From: Dicyema japonicum
Lineage: Eukaryota; Animalia; Dicyemida
Direction: 5' to 3'
Assembly: GCA_011109175.1 (NCBI GenBank)
Contig: RDEW01000002.1
Location: 1,408,111 to 1,472,110 of the forward strand
Length of the DNA stretch: 64,000 nt
Numbering within the stretch: the stretch's first letter is position 1; the number at the start of each line of letters is the position of its first letter. Positions 53,001 to 64,000 of the stretch are shown here, in pieces. Made by a program: the position numbers and the translations under genes. The notes under the pieces are model-generated. The model was not told the origin of the DNA, did no database searches, and saw only the letters and a program-made list of their open reading frames with translations.

Positions 53001-55009
53001 ATTGAAGCATTTATTGGTAAATGTACCATAACTGATTAAGAATTTGTTCCTCAAAGACAAAAAGAGTTCATGAAAGTAAAAATAATAGGTAATAATCTCG
53101 AGGAATAGTGGAGACACCTTTAGTCAAAACGTGATCATGACTTTTTCACGGAAGCGTAGGAATCCTGCTTTGCATCTACTGCTCGTCGCTTCCGTGAGTA
53201 GACGACCGATCCATAAAATTAAATTACCGAAAATGCAAAAATTCGACAGGTATAGATAGTTGATTCGGTGTAGCATTGGCTCTGACAGCGCGAATCTCCA
53301 TGCATGAGGCTCCCAGTCAATATTGTCTGTAAAATATTAGAGTGGCTTTGTCCACATTGAAAGTTCTTTCGACTAGTTCAAATAAAAGTTTTAGTAGGCT
53401 CTTTGCGAGGTTTGCTTGCAATGGGAAATTCATCAGCATGTCGTATGTTACTTTGTGAATAGTAAGAAAGCTCGTTGCTGGCGCTTGCATAGACCAAATA
53501 AAGATTCTAGGTTCTTTACATCTCCAGTCCGGAATGAATGTGTGCACATTGATTTTGTCGTTGATACCGAAAGGCAGTTGGTTGTCAACCAGTTGCTCAC
53601 ATTGTCCCACATCAGTTGAGTATTGGAGACTGGTTGACTGAAAACGGTTTGTGGTTGCACAATAAGGTAATTAACAATAATGTGTGATAGCGTTGACAGG
53701 TGTATGGGAGTCAATTTTCAAAAAGAAAACCGTGTGGAATTTTGGTTGCGGAAGAGAAGTGTAATCGCCATGAGTAAGAGTTTTTCAAGTAAAGCAAATC
53801 TTTTTGAATCTGCCATTTTTTGAGTTTCAAAAATGTGGCTGATTTTGGAATTGGTGATTCAAGAGGATTATTGATTTCTATGTAGTGTATTAACCAATTT
53901 CCTTTTGACCTCTGTTAACCATTAATAGAGTTTTAGTTCACTGGTCACTGATAATTAAGATTTGAAGTCACGTGTGTCTGCCTTGATAATTAAAATTTGA
54001 AGTCAAAATTTGGTTGACTTGAACGAGGAAATGTCTGAAAACAACATTATGGTGGAGAAGTAATCAAACTGAATCTTCGCAGATACATAGTTTAAGCGGG
54101 AAAAGTTGATCGAGACTGAATCGAGTATGTGGAGACCATTTACTACACCTAAAATCACTGAAAAGCAGAATTTGTCTTTGGAAGCCTACATCAATCGAAT
54201 TAATGAGTACTACCAAAACTGCATCAGGGACATGGATACAAAGAAATATTATAAAAACAATTTGGATGATTCCAATGAGAATTTAGTCTCTCATACTCAA
54301 GCAAATGAAGATAACCATAAGGAATCAGATTTCTGACTTGAAGCAATATAACTACGAATTGGCGCTGAAACCCAAGGAGATTAATGAGCTCAGAGAACGT
54401 TATGCTAAACTTGAGGATATTTACTTTTAATCTCCATAATTCTCAAGTGCTGTCGAAAGATCTAGCTGTGATGAACCTCAATCTACTAAAATTTTCTCAA
54501 TGTCATCTCTTGATAAACAGTCTATACGACTTAGCTAAAAAATATCGACTCTAAACATTTTTTCTCGTAGAAAGTGATCTTCTGAGATCTGATTTAGGTG
54601 GGTCAAACATAAGAGATATTCGAATTCGTCTACTCCTGTGAGGAATAAAGAATCGCTAATATTTGACATGAAAGGAGTGCACCCATGCGCCGACCGCACA
54701 TCAATATTTCCTTCAAAAAATATAAAAAGAACAAATTTTTAATAATGCCTAAAATCAACCTTATCTTTAATTTCTGTCACTATAAAGTTTTGTTACAATT
54801 CAAAATAATATACTTTAAAACATGGTTTAAATTCTAAATTTTAATTTTATTGATCCAAAAAACCACCGTCATATTCAAAATAAACAAATTCAGGTGATCC
54901 CAGCCTCCCTTAGCAGTCTCGCATCTTTTCTCAGTGTTCCGATTAATAAATGAAATAATTATCTTATTTTTCTTAAAATTACTGTTTTATTTAACAATAA
55001 AATTTCATT

Positions 55010-56872
55010 CCAGTCACGTTGCCTCGAAGGATCGTTCGGCGTATCCAAACCAGTTTCACACCATTCGCGACGAGCTTCGTTGAAGACTTTTTCCCAGAAA
55101 GTCCGATTGAAAACGTAGGATATATCGGACCAAAAGGCTTCCGCTTGAGACCGATGACACATATGCTGGAAAGGCGATCTCCAGCGCCGACCTGAGACCC
55201 GTTCCTACAAGGCGTGTAGGAAGCTTGCATTGATTCCAACTCGGCACGTCAAAGTGGATGTTTAGAAGCAATTCAGTTGATTTTCTCAATGTCCCATATA
55301 GTGACAGGAAAATGTCACGATGTTTGAAGCAGGGAGAACATCGGAGAGCATATAGGAGTTTGGGCAAGCCGATGCTATTCTTCAAAAGGAAGAGCGCTGT
55401 ATGAGCATCGAGTAAGGAGAGTTTCTCCGTAACTCTAGAGAGTTCATCCTCTTTTGTTAGTAGATGGCTCCGCAGTTCCTTTTCGTCAAGTGGGCACCCA
55501 AGAAAGTATGTCCGCTCCCTGGGTATGACAGTAATTCCAGGTAGTACCGAGTTGAAAGACTCGACCACGTTGATAAAATCACTCTCCGAGTATGTGATAT
55601 TTATTAGCTCCGATTTCTTTATATTTATCTCAAGTCAGAAGTTTCGTAGTCTTGGGCCACGGCATGTGACAGAACGTCATGAACTTTTCTCCACGGCCCT
55701 CCAATCGTGGCGTCTTCAAGATACCAGAAGTTTAGTTGTGTGTTTGATAGTGCGGACAATTTCATCGATGGCCAAAGCAAAGAAGTGGACTAAGGGTCCC
55801 TTGTTGACTCTAGTCTCCGAACAGATAATCTTGTCCCCGAAAACCAATGAAGAATTGGTTCCGTAAGCGAGGAAGACAAATATAATAAGTTCCAAAGCTC
55901 GTTTGCTTGTAGTTTCGAAAATCTGATCCCTCCGCAGTGAATTGAAGGCATTGAAGATGTCCAGCTTGACCCCAATGTGTGGGTTTTGTTCGTCTTTCTG
56001 TCCAAAAAAACACCTCGCAGCATGCACTGACTCCTTGCATCCGTTCCTTACACCAACCCCAGTTAGATGGGAAAAATTCTTCAGATATTCTCGGACAGAC
56101 AATAATGCATGCGATTTTCGCTGTCAGTCTTCTGAAATAGTTGCCGACCGCGATGGGCGGACCCCGCTTCGAGATTTTTGAAAGCCACTAGATGTGCACT
56201 GAAAAGAGTTCTCTTGCAGGGGAGCAAAATCTCTGTTCAAAATAAACATAACCAGTTTTGTAATTGATTTGACAAGGTTGCAGCCAGCTTCTGCAGTAGC
56301 CCCCCGTAAGATCCTTGATGTGACCTAGCCGCAAGCCATCGAGACCTTCACTGCTACTCGCCGCAAACGACGAAATGCCGCGTCGCACTTGGCTTTCGGT
56401 GACGGTCGTCCTTGGCACATTTCCGGATGCACGAATGGGCGGTAATCTGCCGAAGGACATGGATGTTTTCGTTTGAGTAGTTCAAGCACCTCAGGCGTCG
56501 CAGCCATGACAGTATCGTCGCTGGCAACAACGCGCAACGCCGCTCGGACGTCGCCTTCAAATAGTTTACGATTTACCGACTCGGTAAATGAAATTCTTTG
56601 TGCTATTGGAAAGAAACTGAGGAGTTTTATCCAGGCCTCCTGGTCGTCGGACGTGAGAGCATCGTCAATTGCAGAGGCCAGGCATGTAGCCGCGGGGATC
56701 CGGACGGGTCTTGGGATCCTGATTGGGATCTTCCTGGCTTTCCTTAGATCCTACAAAAAAAGCACGAGGTTGTCCACATCATTGAAGCCTAGAGGTTCAT
56801 TCGGTTCGACGTGCTCGTTGGAATGATCCTCTTGGTTTTTCCGACCAGTGCCCGTGCTCGTTTGGAATGATC
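55010..56872 (-). mobile_element. CRE-like family A, N-terminal plus RT portion
   Basis: GDVRAALR, GLDGLR, KLDIFNAFNS and LLYALRCSPC. Confidence 0.9.
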
Positions 56873-57520
56873 CTATTATTAATTAATAAGATAGTTCTGA
56901 ATTTATTGAGGTATTTTAAAATTATATTTATTTTATAAAAAATATGACATGTGCTCTCCGCGCATAGGCGTGAGTAGAATACAGGCAACATTTCACTGTC
57001 TCGTCTTATGGTTGCTAGAATTCAAATTTGCAGATCAACCCCTTTTATTTTCGATAAGTTGAGATCAGTCAAGATTTATGTTAATGGTGGGGATGTGATA
57101 ATTTCTCAAAGTCATTTTCTGAAATTAAATGCAAGAGAAAGGTCGATTCCCCGAGGAATCTCAATATAACGTGGATGTACAATGGAAAACTGGATGGAGC
57201 AAATTCCATGTTCCAAGTCACTCAAAATGGAAACGACTTTATTTGGACCTTAAGTAACAAGGACTAGATACTTTAGTGCGGTTTACGAAACCTCTAATAA
57301 GATTTTCGATAGTTCCGCAAACCTTGCACATTGCATACGAAGACTTATCCCAAAAGTAAGCTTTAGAGTAAAGTTACGCGTTTTCTCAAATTTCTTGATA
57401 ATTGTGTCTCTTTTTTGAGTCGTACCATCCTTCTAAACCGTATAACATTGCAGGAAATATTGCGGAGTGAAGACATAAACAAGGGTCTCCAACTCAAGTT
57501 TTAATTTTCTAATGCAAAAC

Positions 57521-57800
57521 CGGGTGGCTTAGTGGTTAGGTGTCGGGCTTAAGTGGCTTAGGCTACGGGGTTCGAATCTTGCTGCTGTTCACCTGGTGGA
57601 AGGTTCCACGCATCTACGATGCAGAAATGGTTTGACGAGTGACGCCGTCATCAGTGAATACTCACTGCGGAACTGGATTGTCTAGAAAGGACACTCACAC
57701 AAGAAAAAGAAAAAAAAGAAGTGAAGACCTTGGTTCTACGATTAGTTAAATTAACTGTTCTTTACTTAAATAAAGTGTGTGTCCTGCCTATGCGGAGCTA
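57521..57800 (+). mobile_element. tRNA-derived SINE, most complete copy
   Basis: A-box TGGCTTAGTGG, B-box GGTTCGAATC, structured core at 57602-57674. Confidence 0.82.
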
Positions 57801-57804
57801 CACC

Positions 57805-57985
57805 TAAGAAAAAAAACGTTCCCATTTCCGGACCTTTAATCCAAAAAATCGGCATTATTGTAATTCTAAAAATCATTGTATTAGGACTGAAAGTCGCATC
57901 TAGAATCTTACTTCAAAATTTTAAGGTTTCAAACGGATGGTTAGAAAAATTCAAATTAAGACATGAATTTAAGTTCAAAACTTTG
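57805..57985 (+). mobile_element. pogo/Tigger CENP-B HTH fragment
   Basis: NVPISGPLIQ..FKVSNGWLEKFKLRH. Confidence 0.75.
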
Positions 57986-58095
57986 TTCTCCCTCTACGGT
58001 TATTCATCATAACTGTTCTTCACTTAAATAAAGTGTGTGTCTTGTCTGAACGGAGCTATAGCTAATGTGGCTCTCGTAATAGTGCAGTTTTTCTG
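57986..58095 (+). mobile_element. SINE 3' segment
   Basis: Matches 21510-21620, ending GTGCAGTTTTT. Confidence 0.7.
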
Positions 58096-58866
58096 ATAAA
58101 GCAAAAGTCTTAAAATTCCAAGGATTTTGGAAATACTAAATATTCAAACAAAAGTCTCCCACCTCTGTATATGTAAATTTTCGAAGTTTACTTCAGAAAG
58201 AGTTATTTCACTAATCCAAAATTCTCACAAAAGATCTTAAATTTTAAAGAGCACTGGAAGTATCAGACAAATATTAATGACTATTTCATTCAAGAACGAG
58301 TTTTATTTTTCCGGGAAACACAATTAAATTAAACTTTACTACCAGCTTTTAAACCTGTCTCCTCTTAGAAGAGAATTTTCCACATAATCCCATCCATTTC
58401 CACCTCACTCAGGTTACCTGGACAGTCATTGAAATGAACAGGACCTTGAATTTTATATATAATTTTCATAGGCACTAAATATTTTTTCATTTAGATGCGA
58501 AAATAATGATGCTATTTTGTTCCTATTTAAAAAAAATTTTTCAAAGTCAAGGTCACCATCTCCATTACATCCACCTCCGCAATAGAGCACAGATGGTTTA
58601 TGGTGAAACTGACCATCTAGTTTTTCGGATCAACTCAATGTTCTAAATGGTCACCAAAGCTCCACGTGAAACTGAAGGCTTCGAGGGCGTATCTCGATAG
58701 CTATCATATGAGGAAACATCATGGCTATTCAAGCTCCGTAAATTAAGTGATCTTTTTACATTTTTTAATAACAATAAATCCTAATATTCAAAAAATAATA
58801 ACAATTAAGAATTCCATAACAAAAAACCCATTAAATTAACCAAATAACCAAAATTATTAGTTTCCA

Positions 58867-59265
58867 TCAATCGCCTATATAAATAATGAATATACAATCT
58901 AAGTTTTCTTTATCAAAGTTTTCTTGATTGGATGTTTGCGAATCTAAATTTAGTTCTTCAAAGTCCAGATCATCTATTTGATCGTCTGTATCACTTTCCG
59001 TAAATCCGAATTTACCGATTGGATACATAATTTCGTATGGTCCACTGTGACATAACTAAATTTTCAAATAATATTTAATTGAATTAAGAGAGTACACTTT
59101 AATCTGACCCCACTTCGTATTCTCGTCTATTTCGAAATCATCACTATGTTAATAACCTAATTACTCTTGTGTATCATTTTTTAAATTTGTTTTATTTTGC
59201 TCACCACACGTGCAATCAGAGCTACTCTTATTGCATGCTTGACAATTATTGCTTTGATCACCCAT
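58867..59265 (-). CDS. Small acidic protein (about 105 aa) with N-terminal CxxC-x6-CxC motif
   Basis: MGDQSNNCQACNKSSSDCTC...KWGQIKLCHSGPYEIMYPIGKFGF...; introns at 59144-59164 (21 nt) and 59056-59097 (42 nt), probably also 58875-58895 (21 nt), give an uninterrupted frame. Confidence 0.65.
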
Positions 59266-60039
59266 TGTGTTTTGACAGAAAAAGTACAAAATTGCTCATT
59301 TATATGAAATATTATGATCGATAATTTGTAATCTAATCGCATTTGATTATTCATTAAATTTATAAACTGAGTTCCCTTATACAAAATAATCGATTAACCC
59401 ACCAAATACTGTCGCAGTGGTAACTTCCAATCAACAACTTCTGCGGAGGTTTTCAGGTTCTGTGATTGATTCAATTCTCTTTGAAATCCTTGTTAGGAAA
59501 TTGAGGGGGAGGATTATCTCGGCGAGCATCTGCCTGTAACAAGATTATATGGAGAATTCGTGGGATTCTGATATAGAATTCGTGGATTCAGAGATGGATC
59601 ACCAACTGGCTGCATCTTTCTCTTAATGTAGTGATGATTATAGGTCATTAAGTATATTATACGTTTTTGAGTTAAATTTACATTAATTACAAGGTATTAA
59701 TAATTTAAAGGGTCTTCTATAATGTGGGCACCACCCCTCTCTCACGACTTACGTATACTGGGTGAGGTAAAAGATGTTCGAGATGATCACTTTTTGGAAA
59801 TTAGTACACTGTTGATTCATGTCTCAGGTAGCCCGGAAAAGGATCACTAGCTCTCCTCGACTGAAAGGGTTCGAATAGGAGATCAATCCCACGATGGCGT
59901 CAATGTAATGTACTATTGAACAAGGATCCTTCTAAACCTAAGCTAGACAGGCTACTTGGAAATTGATTGCTATTAAGAGAGTCCCCCACAATGTACTTTT
60001 CAAATTATCTCAAAGACTTCATTCGTTCAAATGAGCAGA

Positions 60040-60705
60040 GAGCGGAGCTTGGATAAACGCCATCCCCAATGGAGTTCCGGCCACCTTTCTGGATGATGAA
60101 TGCGTTAAACGTGGTATCTCTCTGTGGCTGGGACTGAAAGTATGTGTACCTCACCCGTGCCGATGTGGCATCCTGATAGACTGCTATGGCCTGCAAGAGG
60201 AGCGCTGGCAGATCTCCAAGGCACAAGGCTCTGAATGAGATTGTCAAGCGGGCTATGGATGCTGCTGGATACTCAGCCAATCTTGAACCGGTCGGGTTAT
60301 GCAGAAGTGACGTGAAACGACCGGATGGGATGACCATATTTCCCTTCGAAGCCGAGAAACCACTTGTTTGGGACGTGACAAGTACAGACACGTTCGCCTC
60401 GAACAATCTTCACAAGTGTGCTTTAAGGACCTGCTTTGCAGCCGTCAATGCGAAGAAGGCCAAACTCGAAAAATACGTCGACCTTTTCGATAATGTTAAA
60501 TTTGTTCCCCTGGCTATGGAGACTTCCGGATCCTACTCCCCCTCTGCACTCGAGTTTTTCGGACGTCTTGGAAACCGGATCACCTCATACACTGGAGATC
60601 TCCGTGAACGCACTGGCTATTTGAGCGAATTTCGCTCGCAATTCTGAGAGGGAACGCCACGCTGTGGGGCAGCAACTAACTAACCTATGTTTTGACCAAA
60701 ATAGA
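60040..60705 (+). mobile_element. CRE-like family B 3' fragment
   Basis: Highly similar to 49050-49730. Confidence 0.9.
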
Positions 60706-60842
60706 AAAAAAATCAATGAGCATGAAGGAATAATGCAAATATTACAATGTCAACAGTTCTGAATGGCATGCTTCCATAAATTCAAAAAAATCATGTTATA
60801 ACTTAGCGTCGTTTAACTGATATTTATTGACTTAATAAAAAA

Positions 60843-61090
60843 CTCCACTTTTACGCAGAGCCATATTAGCTATAGCTCTCTCTTACTTAATAACAGTTAT
60901 GATAACTAATCTTAGAGTGAGAGCCAAGGAATGCTCACACTTCTTTTTGTTCGTGTTTGTCCTTTATAGGAAATACGGAATGCTGACTGATGACGGCGTC
61001 ACTCCTCAAGCCAAAGCATCGTAGATTCGTGGAGCCTTCACTTGAATTCGAACTAGGCGCAGCGAAATTCGAACTAAGCGCTGTCAGGCA
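60843..61090 (-). mobile_element. SINE family copy
   Basis: Reverse complement carries the core and the GAGCTATAGCTAAT 3' block. Confidence 0.7.
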
Positions 61091-61149
61091 TCCTGCCAAT
61101 TACACTTGACCTATTATTATTATCAACAGTTAATTTAATTACCAAATTA

Positions 61150-63290
61150 ATTAAATGACCTCAAAGACCTCAAACAGATTTTTATCTTCTCCTTGTGTGC
61201 CTTCTGGGATCCAACGCAACTTCTATGTGGGCGGGGTGGTTTGAGGAATAGATATTGGAGAGGGGGTGATCCTTTCCATCTTGTCGGCGATAAGGTCTTC
61301 AAGTGATGAGAGGATTAGTTTTTCTAGTTTCCCGAGATTACTAATAGTAGTGGCTGTTAAGGCCTGAATGTCCCGAATTTTTTGTTTGTTCGTCCAGGAC
61401 AGATTGATTCCCCATGACGTACAGCCATAGCTTACGAATTGTTTGTACAACAATTTCAAAGCTGGGAAAGGGGTTTTAATGACACAAAATAGTATTTATT
61501 ATCCCTAGCTTACATGAGCAGCTTCCAAAGATGCCGTTGACATGAGATGAAAAAGACATGTGTGTCGAAAGTGATCCCCAAGAATTTCAGTTTCTTTGCG
61601 AGAGGTAATTTTGCCTAGTTGATAAATATATCCACTGTCAATTTTCCAAGTCGTTTGTCTGAGGTAAATAAGGACGAAGATGATTTTTCTGTAGATTTAT
61701 CAAGCCGGTTATAATTTAGCCAAATTTGAATCTTGTGTAGGTATTGATAGCGGGATCCGACTAATGGGTCATCAGCAGCGCATGTGGCATATTATAGGAT
61801 GAAATCGTCTTTATTATCGGGTTGTAGTAAATCGGACATATATAAGTTAAATTAGGCGGTGATAAAGGGGAATTTTGTGAGACACCATTGGGTAGTAAGA
61901 CACATTTTGAAACTGATTCGTCCCATCCTTTTATACCCGCGCCCTTCTTCCATTGATGAAGTTAGCAAGCCAGAGTTTTATATTGGGGTTGACGGAAAGG
62001 CCAAACAATTTCCGGGCTAGGATTTTCCTGGAGACAGAGTCGAAGGCCTTTGTAAATCGATCGAGCAAACGACGGTTTTGAGGAGGCGAGGATTTGTGTT
62101 AAAGCCTTCAAGGATAAATTGTTTGAAGGATGTGAGGTGATAGAAGTTGAATAACCCATCTAATTTATGTTGTGAAGATGAAAAAGGAAGGGACGAGGTA
62201 ATAAGATTATGAATCAGTTTTTCCAATAATTTTGATAAGGTGTATAGGTCGAAATGATGCAGGATTGTTAAGAGATAGGTCGAAATGATGCAGGATTGTC
62301 CTTAGTCATCCCAGGTTTAAGGATTGGGAATTTATAGGACATTTGCCAGATAGTTGGAATTGTGTTTATTGAATAGTTGAAAATCACTGTGATTGCATCA
62401 AGGTGTTTTAGTAAAATACCAAGGATAGAATCAGGCCCACAAAAGAGAGAAGAATTCATCCTCTTAAACCTCACTGACATCTGAATGTGAGATAAAGTTA
62501 ATCGGCTCTTCAGTCTTAGAGGATAAATAAGGCCCATCCATTTTCCTGAAAGTTTTGTGCAGGCGTAAAATTTCATAAGTTTGTTAAGACTGTGCTGATC
62601 CGTCTGTTTCTGCTAAAATTTCCTTTTGGGCCAAATTGTTTAATTTCTCTCCATATCGTCTGAGCGGATTTCTGAAATGGAAGATACTAGTTTGTCTTAT
62701 TTGTTGGCTTTAGCTCTTCTAATCATTTTTGATATTTCGTCATTGAGAGTTTTTGTTTGATTATTCTGTCCGGGAAAGGGAGATACGTGTATTTTAGGTG
62801 GTTCCTTTCTTTAATTAATGATTTGGTGTTCTGATAGAGTTTTTAATTGTAGAATTTAATTGTTCCGCGCGGAATGAATGTTTTCCGCGCCATGAGAATA
62901 GTTTTATCCAAAAAGTCAATAGCTTCATCTATTGAGGGGAATATCATTATGTCAAGTTTAGTAGAGCTTGATCGATCGATGAATTGAGAGCCCAATGTTC
63001 TGAAGAGCCATTGTGTATTTCAAGGCTCTCCCTTCGGCAGTCTCGGAAGCCTTCCGATAAGCCTGATAAGCTCAGACATTCTCGGGCCAATAACGCAGAC
63101 GTCTCAAGGAGATCGGCTGGAAAAAGACCAGTCACCTCTCCTTTTCAAAACTTCAGCAGTGCTAGTTGCATATCCCACACAAATGATAAATTGAGCAAAT
63201 TACCATTAAAGAAAGTATTTGTGGCTTCAATCCGGATCAGTCCACAACTACGCATTTGGCTTCTTTAAATCAATTTACTACTAAAGGATT
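61150..63290 (-). mobile_element. Jockey/I-like LINE ORF2, degenerate
   Basis: CGPDSI, PILKPG..SFRPIS, DLQRPS(AFD), GVSQ and LLYKQFV. Confidence 0.8.
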
Positions 63291-63634
63291 TAACACAATC
63301 AATTGTCATCTTCGGACTTTGTTACATTGGAGATCCAGAAGGCCTTTAAATCAACGTGGTTTTTTGCGTCTCTTAAAGAACTCGTAAACAAATATCTTTT
63401 GCAGAACGGTCCTAAAGAATGATACCCGATCAAATTTCTTAATAGACGATCTCAGAAACACTCGCACGGGACCGTTAATGTATCTTGGAATGAGAATGCG
63501 GTTATTATTGGAAACTAGGATCACCTAATAGCCAAAGTAACAATGATATTAACTAATTTTGTGGGAAGGTCATCAAATGATCTCTTTTGAATAAATTTGT
63601 CAAAATTTTAAAATCCAAGACACAGGGCGATCAA

Positions 63635-64000
63635 CGAATTGTCAAGCGACAGAGGAGACGGCCTGGACAAAGGAGACGGAAAACGTCCCGACGGGATCAC
63701 AATTTTCCCATTCAAAGAGGGGAAACCTTTGGTCTGGGACGCTTCTTTTGTCGACCCACTTTACCCGTTTAATATTGTCGGGAGCGCAGTAGACACACTG
63801 AAAAAAACGATGAGAGCAAAGGAGAAAAAATACGAAGCGCTACGCGACCGATTCGCGTTCTATCCTATTGTGGTCGAGACAACTGGAGGAATAAGTGGAT
63901 AATCGCTTCGTTTCCTAAAGAAACTTGGACGTTTAGCTACACTAAAAAGCCACGACGCACGTGAGACCCGGCGGTTTCTCTAGTTGATCTCTGTTGCAAT
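63635..64000 (+). mobile_element. CRE-like RLE fragment running off the window end
   Basis: GLDKGDGKRPDGITIFPF..LVWD..YPIVVETTG. Confidence 0.85.

Noticed and set aside
57602-57674. Hammerhead ribozyme on the SINE antisense strand (CTGATGA)
   Set aside because: No GAAA follows stem II and no NUH site is correctly placed.
62244-62299. Short direct repeats (also 15920-15980, 21990-22030, 53950-54005, 56810-56872)
   Set aside because: Ordinary slippage or junction duplications in decaying DNA.

Overview
This is AT-rich eukaryotic DNA, probably from an animal with a reduced gene structure. About half of it, by eye, is decayed transposable elements. There are about 14 fragments of CRE-like non-LTR retrotransposons (RT plus restriction-like endonuclease) from roughly eight or more lineages. 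There are also many APE-type LINE fragments (RTE-like and Jockey/I-like), a tRNA-headed SINE family with a cloverleaf-like core (6-7 copies), and pogo/Tigger and hAT transposase remnants. The ORF track misses the host genes because ultra-short GT-AG introns (21-27 nt) split them. These genes are an MBOAT lysophospholipid acyltransferase (9 introns), a signal peptide/Ig-like/TM surface protein (9 introns), a small acidic Cys-motif protein, and a disabled rtcB fragment. A tRNA-Ile(AAT) is also present. Highlights are the tiny introns, two small proteins sharing an N-terminal M.DQ...CQ.CN....DC.C motif, 50-60 bp target-site duplications around CRE-like inserts, the structured SINE, and an inverted copy of the MBOAT 5' end just downstream of the gene. 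Recurrent single-base losses in homopolymers suggest assembly indel errors, so frameshift-based pseudogene calls are tentative. Element boundaries are approximate and read by eye; no database searches were run.
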